Assembly: GCA_963663965.2 (NCBI GenBank)
Contig: CAXXFK010000042.1
Span: 160,001-224,000, forward strand
DNA from: Sedimentisphaerales bacterium
Lineage (GTDB): Bacteria; Planctomycetota; Phycisphaerae; Sedimentisphaerales; SM23-30
DNA length: 64,000 bases
Direction: 5' to 3'
Shown: piece after piece, positions 43,300 through 53,266 of the stretch
How positions within the stretch are numbered: position 1 is the first letter of the stretch
Layout of the letters: each line of letters begins with the position of its first letter
Made by a program: the position numbers and the translations under genes
Notes under the pieces: generated by a model
What the model was told of the DNA's origin: nothing
The model's input: only the letters and a program-made list of their open reading frames with translations
Databases searched by the model: none

Positions 43300-44236
43300 C
43301 ATCATCCATATCAGCAAAGTTCGGCAGGCCGCCAATGAGGAGTGGGACGATATCTGGTCGCATTGCCCTTATGCGACTTATTTTCACTCCCGGGCATGGG
43401 CCGGGATCTGGCAAAAGTATACCTCGGGAAAAATGCGTTCCGCGCCCGTACTGATCATATTTCAAGATGGCGCAAACGCGCTTTTGCCGATGTCATATAC
43501 CCGGAGATACAAAGGGTTGATCAGGAATTATGTCTCTTCACCGGCCGGAACTTATGGGGGCTGGATTTCCAGAGATACTTTAACGGATGATCACGCGGCG
43601 CTGCTGTTACAATATCTGTTGAAGCGATATCGGAACCTCAAGTGGTGTTTCAACCCTTATGACCCCACGATATCCCAACTGAAGGTGGTCCCAACCCGGC
43701 AGATTACGACAGACATCATCTATCTAGACCGGTTCGCAAATGAAGACGCGCTGTTGAACCATTATAAGCATTGCGTCAGAAAACAGATAAAGAAAGCGCA
43801 ACGTGCGGGCTTGACCGTTTCCCCGGCGGAGAACTGGTCCCAGTGGGAACAGTATTATGCCCTTTACTTGAAAGCCATCGATCGCTGGGGGGACTCCGCC
43901 GGATGTTGTTACTCTATCGATTTATTTCGTTATCTGTTTGAGGTGACCGGACCATCAATCTGTTTGTGGCTGGTTAAACAAGATGACAGCATTGTTGGGG
44001 GGAATATCAATTTCTATCATCAGAACCATTGCGTGGAATGGCACGCCGCTTTCGATTCGGATAGTTTTAAACATGGGGTTCGCCATCTGCTGATTCATAC
44101 CATTATTGTCGATGCCTTGCAACGCGGTTATCGTTACTACGATTTTAATCCCAGCGGCGGGCATGAAGGGGTAATGAATTTCAAACAGACCTGGAATCCG
44201 GATAGAGTCGCCGTGCCTGTCATTGAAAAAAGATAA
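43289..44236 (+). CDS. GNAT/FemAB-like acyltransferase
   Basis: W.......P.ATYFHS..W start, VRKQIKKAQRAGL, YYDFNPSGGHEGVMNFKQTW. TTG start overlaps the upstream stop. Confidence 0.82.
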   Translation: MGNNIIHISKVRQAANEEWDDIWSHCPYATYFHSRAWAGIWQKYTSGKMRSAPVLIIFQDGANALLPMSYTRRYKGLIRNYVSSPAGTYGGWISRDTLTDDHAALLLQYLLKRYRNLKWCFNPYDPTISQLKVVPTRQITTDIIYLDRFANEDALLNHYKHCVRKQIKKAQRAGLTVSPAENWSQWEQYYALYLKAIDRWGDSAGCCYSIDLFRYLFEVTGPSICLWLVKQDDSIVGGNINFYHQNHCVEWHAAFDSDSFKHGVRHLLIHTIIVDALQRGYRYYDFNPSGGHEGVMNFKQTWNPDRVAVPVIEKR

Positions 44237-44330
44237 TAGCTCATAACTATTATCAATAAACACCAACTGATTATAGTTTTTTATGAATAAAGAATGCAAT
44301 TTTATCGACTGATGGAAGAAATTTTAAATT

Positions 44331-45380
44331 ATGAGTAAGTTGAATGCATGTTTTTTTTATGGACGTCAATCACCATTTGGTATGGCTCACCTTAAACCCA
44401 TATCTGAACATTTTAATATCCAGGCAATCATTGTCCCATCGGAAACCAGGATAAAAAGATTTGTAACTTCATTGTTAGGAAAAGATTACTACGAAAAAAT
44501 ATCAACAAAAAAACAAATAAAGAATTTATTGAAAAAATTTATTCCTCAGATAATCATTGAACATAAAAGGGTAAGACAAATAAGAAACAGAATTCATGAA
44601 GTTATTGGAAATGATAATATTCCGATTCTTATTTGTGATGATGTAAATTCAAATTTATTCATTCAAGATATAAAAAAACACATGTCAACAGACAGCTATA
44701 TGCTTGTCGCTGCATACCCGCAGATTTTCAAAAGAGAAATATTAGATATATTTCAAGATAGAGCAATAAATTTCCATCCATCACTCTTACCTAAGTATAG
44801 AGGTGCTCATCCACATTTTTGGACAATTGTCAACGGTGAAAAGGAAACTGGTTTATCTGCTCATTATATGACAGAAGGAATCGATGATGGGAATATTATA
44901 GCACAACAAAAGATTTTAATGCCAGAAACTTATAGCGAATTGTATGATCTGATTATAAAAGAGATACCAATATTCTTCCAGAAATTTGTAGAAAATTTGA
45001 CTGAAAGAAAAGTAAGTATCCCACAAGACGATTGTGATGCAACATATTATCGTAATGATAGAGCAATTCATAGAAAAATTAATTGGGATTTTGAACTTGA
45101 AAAAATCTATAACCTATGTCGAACAGAATATGCATTTTGTTTTTTTCGAAGTAGAAAAATGGTAATTAAAAAAAGCAGTATTTCAAAAACAAATAGAAAT
45201 ATTACAAATAATTTGGAAGTACAGAAAGGGGTTATAGTTGATTGCGTTATCGATGCATTGGTTGTAAAAACAAATGGGGGCTTTCTCCAAATAGAAAAAA
45301 TGGAAATGGATAATAAAATTTTTAATGCAAACAGGTGGATTAATATTTATAATCCAATTGTCGGAGAGAGATTAACTTAA
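44331..45380 (+). CDS. Sugar N-formyltransferase (Fmt-like), very AT-rich
   Basis: AINFHPSLLPKYRGAHP, ETGLSAHYMTEGIDDGNIIAQ, plus C-terminal Fmt domain; sits in a polysaccharide locus after an aminotransferase. Confidence 0.88.
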   Translation: MSKLNACFFYGRQSPFGMAHLKPISEHFNIQAIIVPSETRIKRFVTSLLGKDYYEKISTKKQIKNLLKKFIPQIIIEHKRVRQIRNRIHEVIGNDNIPILICDDVNSNLFIQDIKKHMSTDSYMLVAAYPQIFKREILDIFQDRAINFHPSLLPKYRGAHPHFWTIVNGEKETGLSAHYMTEGIDDGNIIAQQKILMPETYSELYDLIIKEIPIFFQKFVENLTERKVSIPQDDCDATYYRNDRAIHRKINWDFELEKIYNLCRTEYAFCFFRSRKMVIKKSSISKTNRNITNNLEVQKGVIVDCVIDALVVKTNGGFLQIEKMEMDNKIFNANRWINIYNPIVGERLT

Positions 45381-45587
45381 TAATTGGTCCGATCATAATA
45401 AATTTTAAATGAAATCTGAAAGTTTATTAAGATGCATAACTTATGATAGTAGAAAAATGTTATTAGCGAAATCTTCAAGATTAATCAGACTTACTGAGAA
45501 GATAGTTTTTCCTTTAAACCTCAAAGAAACACGGATACTAAAGTTTAGTCAGATAAAAATGAATTTTGGATTGGTCGTGATAAACTA

Positions 45588-45753
45588 AAGTATCTCTCAA
45601 AATTGCTTAATAAGTAAAAAAAGAAAATGGTTTTTCTAGGGCAAGGAACAAGGGACTTGGCATATTTGACGATATTCGCAGTTTTTTGTGACACAGCCCA
45701 GCAGAGGAAAATCAAATAGCTTGCAGCCCTGAATAAATTTTTAGAGGTTCCTT
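45588..45753. mobile_element. MITE-like element, copy 2 (same orientation as copy 1)
   Basis: Shares GGCAAGGAACAA, GGCATATT, GTTTTTTGTGAC, CAGAGGAAAATCA, GCAGCCCTGAAT and GAGGTTCC blocks with 39573-39735. Confidence 0.75.
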
Positions 45754-45801
45754 ATAATCTTTTGTTAGTGTTGAATATACTGTGTTACAACCAATCGCTT
45801 C

Positions 45802-47031
45802 GTGTTAAAAAATATGGAGGCAACTGGCTTGTCAATTCCAGTTAATAAATCGTTCACGGTATTGCACAATTATCTGGTCTGGTTATCTCAGACAGAAAAC
45901 TGGATTTATAATCAAGTACGCTTCTCGACGATTGGCGTGAGACCGTATGTGGTATGCAAGCAATGTATAAACCGTGATTTATTTGAATGGCCGGATATTT
46001 ATTGCTATACCGATATCCCGTTGTGGAAACGAGTCGTGATTGGATTGAAAAGTCTAATACCTCTGAACATCCATTTCAGGCAACAGGCGGCCTTGCTTTG
46101 TCATGCGGCCAGCCAAACCGGCGCCTCTTTGGTACATTCGCATTTCGGCTATATTGGATATAAATATGCCATGGCTATAAGACGAATGAAATTAAAACAT
46201 ATTGTGACATTCTATGGTGTAGATATCAGTATGCTTCCCAAACAGGATCCCGTTTGGATAAAGCGTTACCAGGAGATGTTTCAATTAATTGATCTTGTTT
46301 TGTGCGAAGGGCCGCATATGGCCCGGTGTGTGATGTCTTATGGTTGTCCGGAACATAAAGTGAAGGTTCACCATCTGGGCATTTGCCTAGACGACATCGC
46401 TTTTCAACCCAGGCAATGGACCCGTGGCCAGGTATTAAAGGTGTTGATTGCCGCCTCATTTCGGGAAAAGAAGGGAATCCCCTATGCTTTAGAGGCCTTG
46501 GGGAGATTTCAAAATGAACAGGAGTTGCATATCACCATAATTGGAGATGCGGGACAGAATCCTGAGACTCAGACGCAAAAGAATGAAATTCTAACAATCA
46601 TCGAAAAATACCGTTTAAATGGCCGGATCGATTTAATGGGGTATCAACCGCATGCAGAAATGCTCAGACAAGCCTATCGGCACCATGTTTTCATCTCTCC
46701 AAGTATTACGGCTTCAAACGGTGACACGGAAGGAGGAGCGCCCGTCGGATTAATCGAAATGGCCGCCACGGGGATGCCGGTAATCAGTACGACTCATTGC
46801 GATATTCCTGAGGTTATCCAGCACGGGGTTAGTGGTTTGCTCGCCGATGAAAAAGATATCGATGGTCTGGTATCCCATTTAAGATGGCTGACTCAAAATC
46901 CGGATCGCTGGAAAACGATGGCGGCCATGGCGCGTCAACATATCGAAAATGAGTTTGACGCGCGCCGGCAAGGTGAACGGCTGGCCGGCATATATCATGA
47001 ATTGTGTGACTGTTCAGGTGAATACCGGTAA
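45802..47031 (+). CDS. Glycosyltransferase family 4 (WcaL-like)
   Basis: VHSHFG, VTFYGVD, FREKKG, SPSITASNGDTEGGAPVGLIEMAATGMPVISTTHCDIPE. Confidence 0.92.
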   Translation: MLKNMEATGLSIPVNKSFTVLHNYLVWLSQTENWIYNQVRFSTIGVRPYVVCKQCINRDLFEWPDIYCYTDIPLWKRVVIGLKSLIPLNIHFRQQAALLCHAASQTGASLVHSHFGYIGYKYAMAIRRMKLKHIVTFYGVDISMLPKQDPVWIKRYQEMFQLIDLVLCEGPHMARCVMSYGCPEHKVKVHHLGICLDDIAFQPRQWTRGQVLKVLIAASFREKKGIPYALEALGRFQNEQELHITIIGDAGQNPETQTQKNEILTIIEKYRLNGRIDLMGYQPHAEMLRQAYRHHVFISPSITASNGDTEGGAPVGLIEMAATGMPVISTTHCDIPEVIQHGVSGLLADEKDIDGLVSHLRWLTQNPDRWKTMAAMARQHIENEFDARRQGERLAGIYHELCDCSGEYR

Positions 47032-47208
47032 TTCCATGAAGCTTAAATCGCTTGGCATTTATCGGCGTGAATTAACAGGTTGTATCAAAATAAGGCTGGT
47101 AATTTCTGCTCAATTGATCAAGATTTGACCCGGACGATTAATCAGCCAGATATCAAATATTTGTGAAGATGTAATTGCACTCATTCAATGCGGATATTCA
47201 GGTAAATA

Positions 47209-48036
47209 ATGATTGATAACATTGATATTTTGATGATTACCTATAACCGGCCTGGTTATACCAGGTTGTCTTTGGGCCGTTTGCTGGAAACATGTGATTC
47301 CACAATGCGTGTCTGGGTCTGGCAAAATGGCAGTGATGAAGCAACGATGAACGTTGTGGAATCGTTTCGTGGGCATCCACGTTTTTATGAGTATTACCAC
47401 AGTTTGGAAAACAAGAAGTTGAATGCGCCAACCAACTGGCTCTGGGGGAATTCCGATGCAGCTTATTTTTCCAAAGTGGATGATGATTGCCTGGTGCCGG
47501 ATGAATGGGCGCAGACTTTGAGAAAGGCGCATGAAGATAATCCGGATTTCGGAATCATCGGGTGTTGGCATTTTTTCCCGGAAGATTATGTGCCTGAACT
47601 TGCGGCCAGAAAGATACAAACATTTCAAGGTGGACATTCACTCATGCGCAGCTGCTGGCTGGGAGGGAGTGGTTATTTAATGAAACGGGCTTGTTATGAA
47701 AGCTTGGGGCCGGTGCCGCCGGATTCAGGATTTACCCGTTATGGAATTCAGTTGTCTTTAAAAAATTATATTTGTGGTTGGTATTACCCATTCATATATC
47801 AGGAGCATATGGATGATCCGCGTTCTGAATATACCGCAATAAAAACAGATGAAGATATCAGAAATCATATGCCTTTGACGGCGGCAAATTTTAGCATTCA
47901 ATCCGTCCGGCAGTGGCTGGAATTTTTGAAAAATGAAGCGATTGTAACTCAGACTTCTGATATTGATCCAAGAAATTATATCGGATGGCGCAGAAAGATT
48001 AGAAATATTAAACAAAGACTTTCTAACTGGTTTTGA
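47209..48036 (+). CDS. Glycosyltransferase family 2 / GT-A fold
   Basis: IDILMITYNR, QNGSD, SKVDDDCLVP. Confidence 0.85.
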   Translation: MIDNIDILMITYNRPGYTRLSLGRLLETCDSTMRVWVWQNGSDEATMNVVESFRGHPRFYEYYHSLENKKLNAPTNWLWGNSDAAYFSKVDDDCLVPDEWAQTLRKAHEDNPDFGIIGCWHFFPEDYVPELAARKIQTFQGGHSLMRSCWLGGSGYLMKRACYESLGPVPPDSGFTRYGIQLSLKNYICGWYYPFIYQEHMDDPRSEYTAIKTDEDIRNHMPLTAANFSIQSVRQWLEFLKNEAIVTQTSDIDPRNYIGWRRKIRNIKQRLSNWF

Positions 48037-48046
48037 TGGGTATATT

Positions 48047-48598
48047 ATGAAAATTAATTTTGTTAGAATCGCTTCTGTTTTTCACAGTTATTTACAGTGG
48101 AAATGGCGCTTGGGTAAAATGGGAAAGAGAGTTATTCTGGTCAGGCCCATGATGATTACTAATCCCAAAACGATTAGTATTGGGGATTATACGGTTATTG
48201 CCGATGGCTGTGTGTTGTCGGATTTGGCGCCAGGCCGGGGGCAGGATCCTAAAATATCGCTGGGCAAACATTGTACGATCATGTATCGCTTTCAGTGTAA
48301 TGCCGCCCAATCGGTGACGATCGGTGATTATGTGTTGATGGCATCCAATGTTTTAATCACTGATTCGGACCATGTTGTGGAATCCAATGGATTGCCTGTT
48401 ACAAAAAATAGCAAGTTTAACACCCGGCCGGTTGTTATCGGAAATAATTGCTGGATCGGACAAAATGTGGTTATTTTAAAAGGGGTAACCATTGGTGATA
48501 ACTGCATTATCGGCGCTAATAGTGTGGTGACCCGAAATGTTGAATCCAATTCAATTGTGGCGGGGAATCCGGCGAGATTGATTAAGAAAATTTCATGA
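48047..48598 (+). CDS. Hexapeptide-repeat O-acetyltransferase
   Basis: VTIGDYV...ITDSDH, VVIGNNCWIGQNVVILKGVTIGDNCIIGANSVVT...VAGNPAR. Confidence 0.92.
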   Translation: MKINFVRIASVFHSYLQWKWRLGKMGKRVILVRPMMITNPKTISIGDYTVIADGCVLSDLAPGRGQDPKISLGKHCTIMYRFQCNAAQSVTIGDYVLMASNVLITDSDHVVESNGLPVTKNSKFNTRPVVIGNNCWIGQNVVILKGVTIGDNCIIGANSVVTRNVESNSIVAGNPARLIKKIS

Positions 48599-48687
48599 TA
48601 GATTACATTTTGAAATTTGATCCTGACGAACATGAAGAATGTTTCAACCCGATTCGTTGACCCGTTCGTTTATCCCAAAATTATCAT

Positions 48688-50043
48688 ATGAATGAAGAAC
48701 CCCAAATCGTAGGATTTGCGGCGAACGCAAATCAGACGACTGTTCATCCCATTGGATTATTGGCAGTTGTTATTCTCGGAATATGCGTATTGATAGTGCC
48801 TCGGCGCTGGTCTACCATCCCTTTTTTGATTATTGCCTGTTTCATTCCATCGGCACAGCGGATTGTCATTGCATCGTTGGATTTTGATTTCTTGCGGATC
48901 ATGGTGATTTTTGGCCTTTTCCGTATTATGATGCATAAGGAACATTTGAATTTTGTGCGGAAGCCGCTTGATAAAATTATCATATTCTGGACCATCAGCT
49001 CGGTATTCTTTATGACTTTGAGAGTGGGTACCTTGTCGGTACTCATTAATCGGATTGGTTTTGCTTTTGACGTGATTGGCATGTACTTTGTGTTTCGTTG
49101 TCTGATTAAGAGTTGGGCGGATTTGGATAAACTAATTTATGGCATAATATTAATTAGCATACCTGTTGCCATTTTTATGTTTATCGAGAACAAAACCGGA
49201 AGAAATTTGTTTGCGATTTTTGGGGGGGTCAGTGAATTTACCGGCATTCGGGATGGCCGGCTTCGTTGCCAGGGGGCATTTTCCAGCCCAATTTTAGCAG
49301 GATGTTTTTGGGCTTCTTGTGTTCCATTAATTGGCGCGTTTTGGTGGAAGTCTCAACAGGCCAGAATGTGGTCTGTCATGGGAATAATCACCTCCTTGGT
49401 GATCATCTTTTGCAGTGCGTCCAGTACTCCCATAATGGGTTTAATTGCGGCAATCCTTGGTGGCTTGATGTTTTACTTCAAGGCCTTTATGCGACATATC
49501 CGTTGGGGAATTGCCATCATGATTGTCTTATTGCATATCATTATGAAAGCGCCGGTCTGGCACTTGATTAGTCGCGTCAGCGCCGTGGGGGGGTCAACCG
49601 GATATCATCGGTATATTTTGATTGATCGAACGATTAATCATTTTAGTGACTGGTGGTTTAGTGGTTGTTCGGGATATGTTGTTTTGTCCTGGGGAATATA
49701 CCGGGGGGATGTGACAAATCAGTATATTGCCGAAGGTGTAAATGGAGGACTATTGACGATGGCGCTCTTCATCGCATTGATTGCATATGCCTATCGCGAT
49801 GTCGGCAGACTGTGGAGAATGAATAAAAAAAATGCTTATCAACTGGCATTATCCTGGGCATTGGGGTGTTCCTTATTTGTCCATTGTGTAAACTATATTG
49901 GGGTGAGTTATTTCGGCCAGATTGTAGTGGCAAGATATTTATTATTTGCAATTATCGCCAGTTTGTCTGTGTCAAAATCTCTTTATTTTAAACGAAGTTG
50001 CCCTGGAATAATAGAAAGCCGATTACGCAAGGTTGGTGAGTAG
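48688..50043 (+). CDS. O-antigen ligase / Wzy polymerase-like membrane protein
   Basis: About 11 TM segments, RCQGAFSSPILAG, DVTNQYI.EGVNGGL; the only such protein in a Wzx-dependent locus. Confidence 0.78.
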   Translation: MNEEPQIVGFAANANQTTVHPIGLLAVVILGICVLIVPRRWSTIPFLIIACFIPSAQRIVIASLDFDFLRIMVIFGLFRIMMHKEHLNFVRKPLDKIIIFWTISSVFFMTLRVGTLSVLINRIGFAFDVIGMYFVFRCLIKSWADLDKLIYGIILISIPVAIFMFIENKTGRNLFAIFGGVSEFTGIRDGRLRCQGAFSSPILAGCFWASCVPLIGAFWWKSQQARMWSVMGIITSLVIIFCSASSTPIMGLIAAILGGLMFYFKAFMRHIRWGIAIMIVLLHIIMKAPVWHLISRVSAVGGSTGYHRYILIDRTINHFSDWWFSGCSGYVVLSWGIYRGDVTNQYIAEGVNGGLLTMALFIALIAYAYRDVGRLWRMNKKNAYQLALSWALGCSLFVHCVNYIGVSYFGQIVVARYLLFAIIASLSVSKSLYFKRSCPGIIESRLRKVGE

Positions 50044-50183
50044 TCTTATTCTTTGCGGCGGATAGGGTTGGCAAAATGCCAGTTGCTCACTGTACATATG
50101 TGATTCTTTAAAAACAACATTTTCGGTAAGGCGTGCTTAATAAGTTGTTTGTCAAGCCCAAATACCGTTGAGGACTTAAAACA

Positions 50184-51350
50184 TTGTTAAGAGTTCTTTA
50201 TTCATATCATTCGCGATTAAATACTAGTACTGGAATAGGTCTTGCGGCATGGCATCAAATCGCCGGATTAATAAAATTGGGAGTGGCGGTTGATTTATTC
50301 TGCGGGAGTTGCGACGTTGACATTGATCCTGACGTAAACGTCAGAGAAACAATGGTCCCATTGGGAATACGTATTCCCTTAAGATTATTAGGGATGAAAA
50401 CCGGCCTTATTCATGATTACATAGTCTCAAACTACCTTAGGAAAAATTTTCGAAAATATAATATTGTTCATTGTTGGCCTTCTGGCGGATTGCGGACACT
50501 TCAGGTTGCCAAAGAAAAAAATATCATTTCGTTTAGTGAACGTCCGAGTTCTCATACGCGTTATGTGTATGAAGTAACTGCCAGGGAAAACAGCAGACTT
50601 GGCATTGAAATATCCGAAAAACATTATGCCGCATTTAAACATGAAATTCTGGAACGTGAGGAAGCGGAGTTTGAAAGTGCCGATTTTCTTCTTTGCCCAT
50701 CGGATTTTGTTGTCGAGACGTTTATTAATAAGGGATACAATCGAGCTAAAATGAAAAGGCATCAATACGGTTGTGATCTAAAAAAATTCACGCCGGATGG
50801 AAGGCGTGATCAAGAAGATCGTCCATTCCATATGATTTACATCGGGGAATGTAATCCATTGAAAGGTTTGCATTTTGCTTTGGAAGCGTGGGTGAAATCG
50901 TCGGCATGCCAGACCGGTAAATTCAGCATATGCGGTCCGGCGTTTGTGCCGAAATATAAACAGGTCTTGCAGAATTATCTTGATCATCCCAGTGTCGAAC
51001 ATGTTGGTTATGTTCGGGATTTGCCTGCATTTATTAGACAGAGTGATGCGTTGGTAATGCCCTCTCTGGCTGAAGGGAGTTCGTTGGCAACGTATGAAGG
51101 CAGGGCATGTGGCGCTGTGTTGCTGGCATCTCACGCCTCCGGCGCTGTCTGCGAGCATCAGGTGAATGCGTTAGTTCACGAAGCGGGTAATATTCAAATG
51201 CTGAAAGAACAGATTGAACTTTTAGCCAATAATTCCAACTATTTAAAACAATTGAGGGGAAATAGCCTGGAAACTTTAAATGAGCTAAGCTGGGACCACG
51301 CGTCGAATTTATTATACAACATTTATCGGGAAGTATTACGAATGGATTGA
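50184..51350 (+). CDS. Glycosyltransferase family 4
   Basis: ADFLLCPSDFV, GCD..KF, LKGLH, PSLAEGSSLATYEGRACG (EX7E). Confidence 0.9.
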   Translation: MLRVLYSYHSRLNTSTGIGLAAWHQIAGLIKLGVAVDLFCGSCDVDIDPDVNVRETMVPLGIRIPLRLLGMKTGLIHDYIVSNYLRKNFRKYNIVHCWPSGGLRTLQVAKEKNIISFSERPSSHTRYVYEVTARENSRLGIEISEKHYAAFKHEILEREEAEFESADFLLCPSDFVVETFINKGYNRAKMKRHQYGCDLKKFTPDGRRDQEDRPFHMIYIGECNPLKGLHFALEAWVKSSACQTGKFSICGPAFVPKYKQVLQNYLDHPSVEHVGYVRDLPAFIRQSDALVMPSLAEGSSLATYEGRACGAVLLASHASGAVCEHQVNALVHEAGNIQMLKEQIELLANNSNYLKQLRGNSLETLNELSWDHASNLLYNIYREVLRMD

Positions 51351-51521
51351 TGGTGAAGGGAAATGCCAATGGGGTACACAGGTAGAAATGGGAATATCGC
51401 TTATCATGCTGACAGACGAAGGTTCCGTTGAGGATCGAATGTCCCGTCAGCTTTGTTTCGTTGAATGTCACCCAATGAAAAAGTACTCGTTATTCTTTAA
51501 AACATGAAATAATCGAATTTA

Positions 51522-52475
51522 ATGGAATCTACAGCGCTATCAATTATTATCGTTAATTGGAACACATCAATTGTGACATGCAATTGTTTAGCGTCAATCT
51601 ATGAACAGGTTACGATCGACGATTATGAAATTATTGTTATTGATAATGCATCTTCGGACGATTCCGTTATAAGTATCAAATCCAATTATCCTCATGTTAA
51701 ACTGATTGTGAACAATGAAAACCGTGGTTTTGCCGCGGCCAATAATCAGGGGATTGAAGTGGCCAGAGGCCAATATATCTTGTTATTAAACAGTGATACA
51801 ATCATTTTAAAAGATGCGATCCTGAAAACACTCGAATTTGCCGGAAAACATCCTCAATATGCAGTGGTCGGTTGCCAGGTGTGGGAAGATGAAAATACCA
51901 TTCAAAAAACCTGTTTTCGATTTCATAATCCATGGAATTTTTTTTGTGTTTTAACCGGACTGGCGCGGTTGTTCCCAGGGTCACGTTGGTTGGGTGGCGA
52001 TAAAATGCAGGAATGGGACCGGAAAAGTGACCGGGAAGTGGATGTGGTCTCAGGGATGTTTATGCTGGTTCGGCGAGAGGTAATACAAACGATTGGTTAT
52101 TTGGATGAATCTTTTTTTATCTATGCCGAGGAGGCGGACTGGTGTTACAGAATGTATCAGGCCGGCTGGCGGAATTATTTCTGGACAGGCGCCAGAATTA
52201 TTCATCTCGATGGTGGAAGTAAGAGTAGCGCTCAGGTTAATGTCAAAATGGAAGTACAGAAGGTGAAGAGTTTATTGATTCTGATTCGTAAGCATTATGG
52301 CTGGCTGGCGGAGCAGTGTGTCCGATTAATCGTTTGCATGAGCGCCTCGTTCAAATGGCTGTTATTGGCGATGGTATTCCCTTTCGCGTCAAAAAAAATC
52401 AAGCCCAAATTACCTAAATTTGCTGGAATCATCAGTTATTGTTGTAAGGGAATATTTCCTGGTTTGTCAATATGA
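51522..52475 (+). CDS. Glycosyltransferase family 2 (rhamnosyltransferase-like)
   Basis: LSIIIVNWN, IDNASSDDS, NRGFAAANNQG, LLLNSDT, LDESFFIYAEEADWC. Confidence 0.92.
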   Translation: MESTALSIIIVNWNTSIVTCNCLASIYEQVTIDDYEIIVIDNASSDDSVISIKSNYPHVKLIVNNENRGFAAANNQGIEVARGQYILLLNSDTIILKDAILKTLEFAGKHPQYAVVGCQVWEDENTIQKTCFRFHNPWNFFCVLTGLARLFPGSRWLGGDKMQEWDRKSDREVDVVSGMFMLVRREVIQTIGYLDESFFIYAEEADWCYRMYQAGWRNYFWTGARIIHLDGGSKSSAQVNVKMEVQKVKSLLILIRKHYGWLAEQCVRLIVCMSASFKWLLLAMVFPFASKKIKPKLPKFAGIISYCCKGIFPGLSI

Positions 52476-53266
52476 TTCAATCTATAAAGATATTTATTGC
52501 ATCGGTTTACAGGCTATTCCAGGTTCTTGGAGGGCAAAAATTCAGTCGAGGGATTTTATATTATCATGGAATACCGGATGCCGAAAAAGATTTGTTTATT
52601 CGACAGATAAAATTGGTCGCCCGGTTTTGTACCATAGTGCCTCTCCGTGAAATTTTAACGGTACCGTTTGAAGATAAACCGATTGTTGCCATCACATTTG
52701 ATGACGCCTTTGCGAATTTGCTGAACAATGCCATTCCCTTTTTATTGGAAAATAAATATCCCGCTACTATTTTTATCCCCACGGAGAATTTGGGGGATAG
52801 GCCCGGATGGGATATCAATCCTGATCATCCCGATAAAACGCAGTTGATCATGACCCTGGATCAAATCAGGCAACTGGGTCATATGGGATTTGCGATTGGT
52901 TCTCATACTTTGACGCATCCTCATCTGACACGCCTGTCCGATGAGGACTTGAAACGGCAGTTAATGGAATCAAAACAGCAGTTGGAAAAATGGATGGATC
53001 GGGAAGTCGATGCGATTAGTTATCCCCATGGAGATTATAATGACAGGGTATTGGAGATGGCCCGTCAGGCAGGATATGCCAGGGGCTATACCGTTGAACC
53101 GCGATGCGTCAGGACAAATGATGATCCTATGGCCATACCCAGATTTGCGGTTACGCCCGGGGATAGCCTGTTTAAGCTGAAACTGATTCTTGTCGGTGCC
53201 TGGGAGACGGATTATTATTTGCGCAGAATTAAACTGTTCATAACAAGATTCTTGAGATTAAAATGA
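52472..53266 (+). CDS. Polysaccharide deacetylase (CE4/NodB)
   Basis: ILYYH, AITFDDA, IGSHTLTHP, ISYPHG. Confidence 0.92.
   Translation: MIQSIKIFIASVYRLFQVLGGQKFSRGILYYHGIPDAEKDLFIRQIKLVARFCTIVPLREILTVPFEDKPIVAITFDDAFANLLNNAIPFLLENKYPATIFIPTENLGDRPGWDINPDHPDKTQLIMTLDQIRQLGHMGFAIGSHTLTHPHLTRLSDEDLKRQLMESKQQLEKWMDREVDAISYPHGDYNDRVLEMARQAGYARGYTVEPRCVRTNDDPMAIPRFAVTPGDSLFKLKLILVGAWETDYYLRRIKLFITRFLRLK

Noticed and set aside
44331..45380. Annotation as housekeeping methionyl-tRNA formyltransferase (fmt)
   Set aside because: Context in a polysaccharide locus after a sugar aminotransferase, and its foreign composition, favour a sugar N-formyltransferase.
45409..45588. 59-codon ORF after the formyltransferase
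   Set aside because: No RBS or recognisable motif; may be chance or a fragment, so not called as a CDS.
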